This document shows positions 24,863-38,000 of a stretch of DNA of 64,000 nt, piece by piece; position 1 is the first letter of the stretch; each line of letters opens with the position of its first letter. The notes beneath the pieces are model-generated. The model had not been told where the DNA came from, searched no databases, and saw only the letters and a list, made by a program, of their open reading frames with translations. The translations under genes were made by a program, and so were the position numbers. This DNA is from Azolla caroliniana (lineage: Eukaryota; Plantae; Polypodiophyta), in NCBI GenBank assembly GCA_043228905.1, contig JBHGNT010000009.1:14260001-14324000 (forward strand), in the 5' to 3' direction.

Positions 24863-27800
24863 ACTTCTGTTAGATATAATCAATGATCAGCCCCAAGTTG
24901 TAAATCTATCCCCATATGTGCTCTTAGAGTGCACATTTTGTGATAGCGCCGCAAATGAGGAGCGGCTAGTGTGCAACTCGACCATATGGGTCGATAAGGT
25001 GTTAATCTAGGAAACCGTAGATGCGTAGGACACAATGGATTTAGGAAAGAGCAAAATAGGTAATAGGATTGGCTAATCAAGTGAACTAGAATATTTTGTG
25101 GGCAAGTTACAATGTACTTAGTCTTAAAGTATGTGTCATTGACTTCAAGATAAGTACTATCTAGCACTAGCCTATATCTATGGAGTTGGGTCATATTAAA
25201 TGACAAGTCAGTTGACAAAAAGGAATATCTCCACTACTATCAATTGACATGCACATTTAATGTTACACTCAGACCAAACAGAGAATATAATCCACTCTCT
25301 TACACAGTGGTGTATTGATCATCAGTCCCCACTAATTTTGTAGTGAGTTGGTCCAGATCCCATCTAAGCTCTAAGGTGTGAGCGCATGGGTGAACTACCA
25401 GTGTGAGCTACTCTCATATGTAATAGAATTTTTGTTTTCATATATCCATCTCTGTGGTTGTAACTCTATATACCTATCTAATCAATTCTCAATATTTCTA
25501 ACATGGTATCAGAGCTGAGAGGTTGATCTAGATTAGGTATATAGGGGTAGTAGTTGTTGTATAGCAGCACAGAGAAATAGAGAGAGACAGAGTATCAATG
25601 TCCTTGTCCACGAATGTTGCAGCTGCTCCACTGCGCATTCGTCCACCTCCATTGTCTGATGGAAAGCTAGATGGAACCAACTACACTCTATGGAAGTTCA
25701 AAATGTCTGCCATTTTGGACTCCTACGAGTTGTTGGAGACAATCATGGGACCCACATGAGGAGACCCTGAGCCCATGGTGACCTTTGACCCTGCACACCC
25801 AACCACATCAATCCCTCCAAATGTTGATCTACTTCGAGCCTGGAAGAGAAGGAATGATGATGTGTTGTGTATCATAGTAACTGGTGCATGTGACTTTGTA
25901 CTAACATTAGTGCAACATACAACTAGGGCACATGAAGCTTGGAGCATATTGGCCAGCCAGTATGAAGCCAAAAACTATACAAGGATACAAAACCTCGAAA
26001 ATCAGCTTGCTACAAAGAAGCTCACTGATGGAGAGAAAGTAGAATCCTTTGTAAAAAGGATTAAGGATCTTCAAGATCAGTTGGCAGTTGTTGGAGTAGT
26101 TGTCTCTCCAGAGGTTATGGCTCGTCAGTGCATTTGAGTACTTCCTTCCAAGTATGATGGCATTGTGACAACATTGCACACTCAGGTTCAACCCACTCCT
26201 TTAAAATTTGATGAACTAAGTGCAATGCTGCTTGAAGAGGAGCTTCGGCTGAAGACAAGAGAAGGAAGGGAAGATTCAGCATTTGTCTCTAGGACTAAGG
26301 GTAAAGGGGCATCGAATTCAAACAATGCGAATAGGATACCAAAGAAGAAGAAGTTCAATGGATCGTGTTTCTACTGTGACAAGAAGGGTCACACAATCAA
26401 GGATTGTCGGAAGAAGATAGCGGATGAGAAGAATGGTTTTAGTAAGACTTCTTGGAGAGAGCCCGAGTCCGCCAACAATGTCGTAGATGAGCTTGAGTTA
26501 TGGGTCGCAACTGAAGAAGTGTGTTCTTCAGTTGACACTCAAGTTGTCGATGACTCTTGGATTCTCAATAGTGGATAATCCCGACATATGACCAATAATT
26601 GTGACTAGTACAACTCTTGGACACCTCTACAAGAGCCCATCAATGTTGTGGTCGGGAACAATGCTCGATGTCCAGTCAAAGGAACCGGAACTGTCTCCCT
26701 CAAAGCAACAACTGGCGGGACAAAGCATCTCTCTCAAGTGTTGTACGTGCCAGATCTCAAGAAGAATCTATTGTCCATTTCTGCACTGACCGACAAGGGT
26801 CTTGATGTTTGATTCAAGAAGTCGGGTGCAGAAATAATAGATTCTGTTGACAAGGTTGTAGGAATAGGGGTAAGGCACAACAATCTCTATGAGCTAAACG
26901 CATTTACAATTTCTACTGACCACAACACAAGTACTAACACAAAGCAAAGGCATGAGAGATTTGGGCATCTCAATGTTGTTGTGTTGAAGGAGATGAAGAA
27001 GTCGAATATGGTAGTGGGGTTGCCAACCCTATCTGACTTAAGTCATGTTTGTGATGCTTGTATGATGGGCAAGCATCAAAGATCAACCATTTCAAAAGAG
27101 AGTCAAAATCGGACAAAGGCTCCTCTACAACTAATACACATTGACCTCTTTGGAAAAATGGTGACTCTTGCAATGTGTGGATCTCTCTACTATATGGTAG
27201 TAGTCGATGACTTCAGTAGAAAGATGTGGGTTTACTTCCTTCGGGAGAAGGCTGAAGGTTTTAAAATCTTCAAAGATGGCATAATTTTGTCAAGCGGGAG
27301 TCCGGAAAGTTAGCGAAGAAGTTACGCTCTGATCGAGGTGGAGAATTCTTATCAATAGAATTCTGTGAGTATTGAAAAGATCATGGAATTAAGTGCCAAC
27401 TTACAACTGCCAACACCCCACAACAAAATGGCGTTGTCGAACGTCGAAACCGAACAGTTGTCGAGATGGCTAGGTGTATGTTGAAGGCACAAGCGTTGCC
27501 CGACCCATTCTGGGCTGAAGCAGTGAATACAACAATTTACATCCTCAAGGGAAAACACCCCAAGAAGCTTATTCAGGCAAGAAACCTTCAGTGTTGCACT
27601 TCAGAACCTTTGGGTGTACGTGCTATGCACATGTTCCGGATGTGAGCAAAAAGAAGTTGGATGTTAAAAGCAAGAAGTGTATCTTTCTCAGATATAGTGA
27701 AGAGTCAAAGGCCTATCGACTCTACGATCCAAAGGCAAGAAAGATATTGACAAGTCGTAATGTGGTGTTCGATGAGGAACAACCACATCTAGCTGAGAAC

Positions 27801-28659
27801 AACAATTCTCAAGTTATCTCATCAACCGAAGAAGTATTCCCCCCAATCCTGACCCACTGTCCAAAAAAGGAAGCTGAACCATCTGATGGTAACAGCTCGC
27901 TAGTTCAGCCTATGCCAGTGCCACATGTAAAGAAAATACCTAAGTGGGCTCAACAACTCTTCAATGACCGTACTCCTAAAGTTGAGTTTCCTGAAACTTC
28001 AACTTATGGATTACGAAGATCAAGAAGAATAAAGGAGCAAGGGAGAACCTCTGACCACATTGTCAACATGGCTCTAATGGTAGACATCATAAGCTCAGTG
28101 AGTGAGCCGACCTCGGTGGAGGAATCCATGGCCGACCCAAAGTGGAAAGAGGTGATGATATCAGAATACGATAGCATCATGAAAAATGACACGTGGGAGA
28201 TGGTAGAGAGGCCAACAAAGAGGAAGGTGATAGGCACCAAGTGGGTATGGAAAGTAAAGTATAAAGTTGATGGTTCTTTGGAGAAATTTAAGGTCAGGCT
28301 AGTGGCACAAGGATACTCCCAAATTGAAGGGTTCGATGTACAAGAAACTTTTGCCCCGACAACTCGCATGACAACAATTTGAATGGTCATAGTGTTGGTT
28401 GCTTCAAGAGGATGGCCGATTTATCAAATGGATGTCAAATTGGCATTTCTGAATGGGCATCTCAAGGAGGAGCTATATGTGACACAACCACCAGGGTTTG
28501 CAAAGTTTGCAAGCTGAAGAAGGCATTGTATAGTCTAAAGCAAGCACCGAGAGCTTGGAACAAGAGGATAGACAACTTCTTACAATCAATCGACTTTAAG
28601 CAATGTGCTTCGGATGCAAATATGTATGTCAAAATGAAGGACAGGAAACAAGTCATCAT

Positions 28660-31600
28660 TGACAGGAACAGCACGCTCCGTATACGCAACGCTTGGCCAC
28701 AACCGAGCTTAGAAGCATACACAGAAAACGGGAAATAAAAACACGACACGAAGAAGAGACGAGTACACAGGATGTTTACGTGGAAAACCCAAAGAGGGAA
28801 AAACCACGGCAACCCACAGGCTCCAAACTATCACTATGTTAGAATGTACAATAGTGAGTTCATGGAGGCAACGACCTCGTGCTCACGATCTTCGCCACAG
28901 GCGGCGGTTACAACAGAGGCAACGACCTCTTTCTCTCTCTCTCTCTCTGTACACAGTTATGCGCTCTCTCTCTTTCCTTGCACCAACAAGAATGACAACA
29001 ACATAATAAAAGTTTGCCCTAAGTCATATTTATGCTAATATGACTTTTCGGCTATTTACAAATATAGCCACGATGGACTCTCAGAAACATATTAACAAAT
29101 ATGTCTCTTCATCCGGAGAGCGCTCCTCACCGGGCCTGCATCATCCGGATCTAGCCGGTTACTCCTCATCCGGTTATCACCGGGTCTGCACCATCCGGCT
29201 CTCCGTAGCCGGGTACTCCTCATCCGGTTCTCACCGGGTCTGCACCATCCGGCTCTCCGTAGCCGAGTACTCCTCATCCGGTTCTCACCGGGTCTGCACC
29301 ATCCGGCTCTCCGTAACCAGGTACTCCTCATCCGGTTCTCACCGGGTCTGCACCATCCGGCTCTCCGTAGCCGGGTACTCCTCATCCGGTTCTCACCGGG
29401 TCTGCACCATCTGGCTCTCCGTAGCCGGGTACTCCTCATCCGGTTCCGGCCTCGGCCTATCGTTGTTCTTCTCCCTTCCCATCCGGAGGGACCTGTCTCC
29501 CAACAAACTCCCCCTTCACTCCGGCATGGGGTGTCTTACTAGTCCGATCCTCTTCCGGCATGCATCCAGCTTGTCGGGTATCAGAACTTTGGTCAGCATA
29601 TCTGACCCGTTCTCGGCCGTGTGGATCTTCGTCAGTGTGAACTCCTGGTCATCTACTCTTTCCCGGATCCAGTGATATCTTCGCTGGATATGCTTCGTCC
29701 GGGAATGGTAGGCCGCATTCTTAGCAAGATGGATGGCACTTTGACTGTCGCAATAGAGTCGGTATTCATCTTGACGGATACCGAGCTCTCCGATGAAGTC
29801 CTTCATCCATAAGATTTCCTTGCCGGCTTCCACAGCTGCCATGTACTCCGCCTCCGTGGTTGACAATGCAACAGTCTTCTACAGTCTCGACTGCCACGAA
29901 ACAGCTCCCCCTACATATGTCATTACATACCCGGATGTAGACCGGCTAGTATCCACATCAGCCGACATGTCCGCATCGGTGAAACCGTCAAGTTCAGGTT
30001 TTCCGGAGCCGAATCGGAGACACATATTTGAAGTGCCCTTCAAATACCGAAGTATCCATTTGACCGCGTTCCAGTGCTCCTTGCCGGGATTGCTCATAAA
30101 CCGGCTCACCACTCCGATTGCGTATCCTATATCCAATCGGGTACACACCATTGCATACATCAAGCTCCCGACGGCAGAGGCATATGGAATCTTCATCATA
30201 TCCTCCTTCTCTGCTTTCGTCTTCGGACTTTGCTTACCGGATAGCCTGCAGTTTGCCGGAAGTGTCGATCCGACCGGTTTCGCATCTGACATGTTGAACC
30301 GGTGAAGCACCTTTGTCACGTACTTCTCTTGTGACAGCCATAATTGCTTCTTTGACCGGTCCCGAATGATGTGCATCCCCAGCATCTGTCTTGCCGGACC
30401 CAAGTCTTTCATTGAGAAGGTCCGGTTGAGAGCCTTCTTCAACATCCGTAGTTTGACTTGATCTTGTCCGACGATCAACATGTCATCCACGTACAAAAGG
30501 AGTATCAGGAAGTCGCCTCCTTTGAACTTCTTCACAAACACGCAATGATCGGCTTGCGTCTTGTGGTACCCTTGATAGGTCATGAAGGAGTCGAACTTCC
30601 GGTACCATTGCCGGGAGGCCTGCTTCAACCCGTAGAGGCTCTTCTTCAACCGGAAAACCAGGTGCTCCTTCCCTTTCTCCACAAATCCTTCCGATTGCTA
30701 CATGTAGATCTCCTCTTCGAGGTCACCGTGAAGGAATGTCGTCTTCACGTCTAGCTACTCTACCTCGAAATCAATGCTTGCAGCTATACTCAGCACCGTC
30801 TGGATGGAGGTCATATTTACTACCGGGGCAAATATCTCGTCGAAGTCCACGCCCTTCTTCTGCTGGAACCCCTTCACCACGATCTTGGCTTTGTATCTCG
30901 GGGGGTTGCCGGCATCTCCCGGTTTCAACTTGTACACCCAGTTGTTTCGGAGCGCCCGCTTTCCTTTCGGCAACTCCACCAATTCATACGTATGGTTCTC
31001 ATGCAAGGAATCCATCTCATCCTGCATGGCACTTAACCATTTGCGGTTGTGGGTGTCATCCTTCACTTCTTCGAAGCTTTCCGGCTCCCCCTAATCGGTC
31101 AGCAGAACATGCTCTGCATCCGGAAATCTCTGGGGGGCCCTTCTCTCTCTGAGAGGATATCTCCGTCTTCGGGCTTCGGTAAACGGCTCCTCCATTTGCT
31201 CTTCATCCGAATCCGATTCGGGGTCTTGGTCGGTTCCGGTTTCAGCTTCCTCTACTTCTTCTTCAGCCTGTTCGGTATCCTCACCGTAACCGGCTAGTCC
31301 CTTGAGTGCTAACCGGTCTCTTGCCGGTTGGGTCTGCTCATCGTAGAGTCGATCCTTACCGGTCGACTCGGAGTTCATTATCTTCTTCTCCGACTCCCTG
31401 TCGGCGAGCGTCTTGTCCTCCATGAAGATAATATCTCGACTCCGGAATACCTTCTTGTCGACCAGGTCCCAAACTCGATAGCCGAACTCATCGTCACCGT
31501 AACCGAGGAATATGCATGGACGGGTCTTTGGATCTAACTTTCCTCTCCGGTCCTTAGCTACATGCACATACGCGAGACACCCGAACACCTTCAGATGCCG

Positions 31601-34452
31601 GTAGGATACTTCCTTACCGGTCCACACTCTTTGTGGCGTGTCTCCGTCCAAGGGTACTGAGGGTGATCTATTTATCACATATGTCGTCGTTGACAGTGCC
31701 TCAGCCCAAAACTTCTTGGGTAGTTTTGCATGCGCTAGCATACTCCGGACCCTCTCCATTATGGTCTCCTTCATCCTCTCGGCCAGTCCGTTTAGTTCCG
31801 GCGTCTTCGGCACGGTAAATTCGAGCCGGATTCCCTTCGAGCGGCAATACTCCTCGAACTGCCCCTGGTATTCACCTCCGTTATCTGCTCGAACCGCCTT
31901 CAGCTTCCGGCCGGTTTCTCTTTCCACTCTCACGTGGAGCTCTTTGAAGATGGATAGCACCTGATCCTTCATCTTCAACTGTGTGGCCCACAGCTTCCGG
32001 TTGTGGTCATCTATAAACGTCACGAAGTACTGCGCTCCGGCATGTGACTTCGTGTCTACTTGACACACATCAGTATGCACCAACTCCAGTGGTGCATTAC
32101 GTCTCATCGGTGGCCTTGGTCGGAAGGAGGTCCGGTTTTGCTTACCAGCCAGAAAATCAGTGCACTTCTCCAAGTGCACGTTCTTCACTAGAATGAGGTT
32201 GTCTTCTGCAAGCCTCTTCATCCCCTTCTCGCTCATGTGACACAGCCTCTTGTGCCACAGCTCACTGGCAGTGTCGGATGCCAGGTTCACTTCTTCCGGA
32301 CATAACCGGGCATTCATCAGGTACAGTGTGTTGACCTTCCGGGCCCGAGCCACAATCAGACTCCCTTAGCTGAACTTCATGACATCGTTCCGGATGCTAC
32401 CCGTGTAGCCTTCATCATCTAGCCGACCGGCTGATATCAGGTTCAGACGAACCTCCGGAACGTGTCGGACATCCTTCAGCAGCAACTTGCATCCGGTTGG
32501 TGTTGTCAGCCACACGTCTCCTATGCCGACAATTCGGCATGTACCTTCATTCCCCATCCGGACACAGCCGTGATCACCGGTTGAGTAGGATGAGAAGCAT
32601 TTCCGGTCCGGGGTAAGGTGGAACGACGCTCCGGAGTCGACCACCCAAGTCATCTCGTCGCCGGCAAGGTTTATCTCACTCTCCTCGGTGATGAGCATCA
32701 ACTCTTCTTCACTTGCCGCGATTGCCATTGTTCCCTTCCGATCCGGCCCCCTCCGGTCTTTACCATTCCGGTCCGGGGTCCGCTTCGAATCGGTACCGTC
32801 GGTTTCCTTGTCTTTTCGGAAATGCCGACAGTTCTTTTGGAAGTGTCCCGGCTTGCCACAATAGAAGCAAGTAGGCCTTCCCCTTGACTTTGACCGTGTC
32901 CCCGACTTCTCCCGGTTCTGGGGACTACGGTTTCTATGTCTTCCGCGTTCCGATTCGGTAAGGAGCGCTTTGGAGTCGGATCTCGTATCTTTATCTTTCC
33001 GACGCGCCTCCTCATCTAGCAAGCTCAACTTTACTCTTGCTAGGGATAACCGTTTTCCTTCCGGCCCGGCGTTGCCCAAAGTGACAACCAACGTCTCCCA
33101 ACTATCCGGGAGGGAACCAAGCAGGAGTAGCGCTAGTACCTCTTCGGCAAGAGGTACTTCCAATGAAGTTGCCTGGTGAATCAGCCCCTGGAAGGCATTC
33201 ATGTGCTCCGCCATGCTGGAGCCATCTTGGTACCGGAGTCTTACTAGCTTCCGGAATACCGAAACCTGATTAACAGCATTTTTGTTTTGAAACATTATGT
33301 CGATCTTCTCCCAGAGCTCATGAGCCTTGCTCTCTTCATTGAAGTTGTTGTACAGGCTCATGTCGATGAAGCACCGTATGTACGTCGTTGTCTTCATGTG
33401 CATCACCTCCCATATCACGGCGTCGATTTTGTCTGGTCTCTTGTCCCCGAACTAAACCGGCAGCCAGAGGTCTTTAACCACGAGCATGTCCCTCATCGTC
33501 GACTTCCACACTGAATAGTTGGAGCCGGTGAGCTTAAACATGCCGCCAAACGATTCGTCCATTTTCTGTGTCGTTTTGCTCTGATACCACTTGACGGGAA
33601 CAACACGCTCCGTATACGCAACGCTCGGCCACAACCAAGCTTAGAATCATACATAGAAAACGGGAAATAAAAACACGACACGAAGAAGAGACGAGTACAC
33701 AGGATGTTTACGTGGAAAACCCAAAAGAGGAAAAAACCACGGCAACCCACAGGCTCCAAACTATCACTATGTTAGAATGTACAACAGTGAGTTCACGGAG
33801 GCAACGACCTCATGCTCACGATCTTCGCCACAGGCGGCGGTTACAATAGAGGCAATTTCCTCTTTCTCTCTCTCTCTCTCTGTACACAGTTACGCGCTCT
33901 CTCTCTCTTTCCTTGCACCAACAAGAATGACAACAACATAATAAAAGTTTGCCCTAAGTCATATTTATACTAATAGGACTTTTCGGCAATTTACAAATAT
34001 AGCCACGATGGACTCTCAGAAACATATTTACAAATATGTCTCTTCATCCGGAGAGCGCTCCTCACCGGGCCTGCATCATCCAGATCTAGCCGGGTACTCC
34101 TCATCTGGTTATCACCGGGTCTGCACCATCCGGCTCTCCGTAGCCGGGTACTCTTCATCCGGTTCTCACTGGGTCTACACCATCCGGCTCTCCGTAGCCG
34201 GGTACTCCTCATCCGGTTCTCACCGGGTCTGCACCATCCGGCTCTCCGTAGCCGGGTACTCCTCATCCGGTTCTCACCGGGTCTGCACCATCCGGCTCTT
34301 CGTAGCCGGGTACTCCTCATCCAGTTCTCACCGGGTCTGCACCATCCGGCTCTCCGTAGCCGGGTACTCCTCATCCGGTTCCGGCCTCGGCCGAGTTTGC
34401 TTATCAGCACTGTTCTTCTCCCTTCCCATTCGGAGGGACCTGTCTCCCAACA
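28660..34452 (-). mobile_element. Copia F: near-complete, with a few stops and frameshifts
   Basis: LTRs 28660-29505 and 33592-34452, TSD ATCAT, PBS complement GCTCTGATACCA at 33578-33589, PPT complement AACTCCCCCT at 29506-29515. Gag-PR-IN-RT-RH ORF pieces at 29516-33560. Confidence 0.95.
29155..29445. repeat. 54-bp tandem repeat (~5.5 copies) in the U3 of Copia F LTR; second copy at ~34090-34380
   Basis: Unit CCGGGTACTCCTCATCCGGTTCTCACCGGGTCTGCACCATCCGGCTCTCCGTAG. Confidence 0.93.
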
Positions 34453-34890
34453 ATCATCATCATTTACGTGGATGATCTAGTACTTATTGGTGACCATGAA
34501 GAGTGTATTGGCCAAACACAAGAGTGTTTGAAAACTGAGTTTGAAATGACAGACTTGGGGATTTTACACTACTTCCTTGGAATTGAGGTTTGGCAAACCT
34601 CGGTTGGCATCTTCATGTCACAAAGAAAGTACGCAACAGAGATCTTGAAGACCTTTGGGATGATGGACAGCAAGTCGAAGTCGACTCCAATGGAGTCAAA
34701 CTACAAGCTATCCCAAGAAGACCCGTCACCAATGGTTGACATAAGGAAGTATAGATAGCTAGTAGGAAGTCTAATTTTCCTATGCAACACTAGGCTAGAT
34801 ATTTGTTTTGTAGTCGGTGTGGTGAGTCGATTCAGCAACAACCCGAAGGAGACTCATTGGAAAACTGCACTACGCGTATTAAAGTACATT

Positions 34891-35027
34891 TGTCACGAAT
34901 AGTACTAAAATAGAGAGAGAATTAGTACTAGAGAAGGGAAGTGCTATTAGTACTAAGAGGACGGGACTGCGTAAGACTCCCGAGAGAGAGAAAAGAGAAG
35001 AGGAGAGAGAGAGAGAGAGATAGTGAG

Positions 35028-35066
<39 letters not shown>

Positions 35067-38000
35067 GATAACAAAGGATATATTGTAGGAAGAGTAAGTA
35101 CAAGATGGCTATGAGGCTTAAGACTGGCATTGAACCAATTTGGTTCAACATAATGCCTAGTGCCTTCTTTTATAGCGTTCTCAAGAGTAATCCTGAAGCT
35201 TCTAGAATGTTCCAGAGAAATCTGGAATATACATTAATTTCCTATAATAAAACTTAAATGAAAATAATATACTACGTATATACCATCCATATAACATAAG
35301 GTCATGGGTTCGAGTCTTGCCATATCATGACACTATCTCCCCCTTAAGACGACGAGTGGAACGAGTCGGCACTGATTGTGGACTGGGTTTGTCTGGATAC
35401 TTTCAGTGGAACTCAGCAAGAAGATCCTCAGCATGGTGACATGCTCGACGGGTTCCCAAGTATGTTTGCTCAGACTATAGCCGAGCCAATCGACCAAATA
35501 ATAAATTTTATTGCGAACAACTTTGGAATCAAGGATGGCAGCAACTTCATACTCCGGGCCGGTTTCCAACTTAAGCGGGGGCAGGGGTGGTGTACCATCA
35601 TCGGGAATAGTGTTTGCTTTATAAGGTTCAAGAAGAGAGCTATGAAAAACCGAATGTATCTGAAGATGCGGAGGGAGATCAAGGCGGAACGTGACATCAT
35701 TAACCTTACTAGTAATACGGAAAGGACCGAGTCATCGATAATCCAACTTGTCGCACGATCGAGTAGTCTTGATGTGACGACGTAAGAGCCATACTCGATC
35801 TCCGATGGCAAAAGAGGAGGGAAGCCGATAAAGATCCGCATAAGTCTTCTGTGTGTTGAGCATGACGAAGATGAGTAGGGAGATCCATCTGGATCTTGCG
35901 TAGCCTCTCCAAATGATCCTTGGCACGAGGATTGGTAGGTAGCTCTGGGGTGTCGATCACCGACCAACGAGGGAGAACCAGTATAAGCATAAAATGGGGA
36001 GACCCGACTCGAAGAGTGAACATCATTATTATATGCAAACTCTGCAAAGTGGAGAATCTCGACCCAATCGTCCTGTTGATAACTCAGAAAACACCGGAGA
36101 TATTGGTCCAGTGTTTGGTTTGTTCGTTCCGCCTACCCATCTTTCTGGGGATGGTAGCCGGAGGAGAGGTTGCAAGAGACCTTGAGCATCTTGAAGAGAT
36201 GCTACCAAAATTTGGAGACGAATTGAGGTCCTCGGTCACTGATGACTATCTGGGAAGCCATGATGCCGAAATACCTCACGTATGACAAGGGCGGCGGTTT
36301 CCTCGCTAGTGATAACCTTAGTACACGGCACAAAATGTGCCATCTTAGTATATCGATCGACGACAGTTAAGATAACATCGAACCCCTTCGAGACCGGCAG
36401 ATCTGTGATAAAATCAAGACAAATAGACTGCCACGGCTTACTTGGAATCGGTAAGGGTTCCAACAAGCCATATGGATGGTGTCGGGGCATCTTTGCTCGG
36501 CAGCAAGCATCACAAGTCCGAACGTAGTCGTCGACAAAACGTCGCATATGGGGCCACCAAAAATATCGTTGAAGGAGATCCAACGTCTTAGTACTACCGA
36601 AATGTCCCGCCGTATGGGTGTCGTGACAATTTTGGACGATTTGAAGGCGACAGGAGCAATCGGGGACATATACAAGCTTTTTAAAGAATAACAAACCATC
36701 ATGATATTTGAATTTTCGGTAGTCCATACCTGGTTGTTGAGATTGGGAACAGGATGCCCGAGAGGTATCAATGTGTGCTAGAATGTCTTGAGCAAAACTA
36801 TCTGTCTTCAAGTTCGCACGTACGGCATCGGTAATCCAGGAATCCATTGGGGTGTGAAAAAACTGCGTTGTGTGCAATCGTGTTGGTCCCAAGATTACTT
36901 GCTTTTGATTATCAAACATTGGATCACCAGGACGAGGTGCAAGATATGAATGTCATGATAGCGCATCTGCTTTTCCTTGCTGCTTCCCAGGTCGATATGT
37001 GATTTTGAAGTCGAAACACGTGAGGAATTGAGCCCACCGAGCTTGCCGTCGATTTAGCACCCGAGCGTTCTGGAAATAAGCAAGATTTTTGTGATCACTA
37101 AAGACGATGACCTGATGTGGAGAGCCCTCTAAGAAATGCCGCCATTGCACAAAGGAATCCACGATGGCTAATAACTCCTTGTCATGTATTTCGTAGTTGA
37201 TTTCCGCGGCGTTGAATTTGCGCGAATGAAAAGCCATAGGATGTAACTCTTCTTTATCTCCTTGTTGAGAAAGGATGCTACCAAGGGCGAAATCCGATGC
37301 GTCGGCCTCCATGATGAATGGTTTGTTTGTATCCACATCAGCTAGAATAGGAGCTGATGTAAAGGCTTTCTTAAGATGCCGAAAAGCCATGTCCACTTCA
37401 TTGGACCAAAGAAATGCTTGTCCCTTCTTCGTAAGTTGTGTGAGAGGTAAAATAATCTTCGAGTAATCCTGTATAAACTTGCGGTAAAAGTTAGCAAAAA
37501 ACTAGAAAACATTATACATCTTGTACCGACCGTGGAGTTTGCCACTCTAGCACAGTTTGGACTTTAGCTGGATCCATGGAGATGCCCTTTGAGGAGATGA
37601 CGTAGCCTAGAAATTCCACTTGCTTGCAATCAAAGCTACATTTTTCTAGCCTTGCATAAAGACAATTCTCGCGGAGTCGTTTTAGTACTAATAGTACATG
37701 AGAATCGTGCTCTTCCTAGGTCTTCGAATAAGTCAATAGATCATCCAGATAGATTATCAAATAGATATCCAAGAGGTCTCTGAATATATCATTTTCCATG
37801 TGTTGGAAGACTGCGGGTGCATTGGTTAGACCAAACGGCATAACAGTATATTCGAAGTGCCCATACCGCGTGCGAAAGGCGTTCTTCCATTCATCTCCCG
37901 GTTGGATCCGCACGAGGTTATGCGCTCCTCATAGATCGATTTTTGTAAAAAACTTGGCACCATTAACTCGCTCTAAACGACTTGATATAAGAGGAAGTGC

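Noticed and set aside
29040-29675. Repetitive peptide ORFs (AGYSSSGSHRVCTIRLSV)n, also at 34008-34475
   Set aside because: They arise from the 54-bp LTR repeat, which is a multiple of 3; no other coding evidence.
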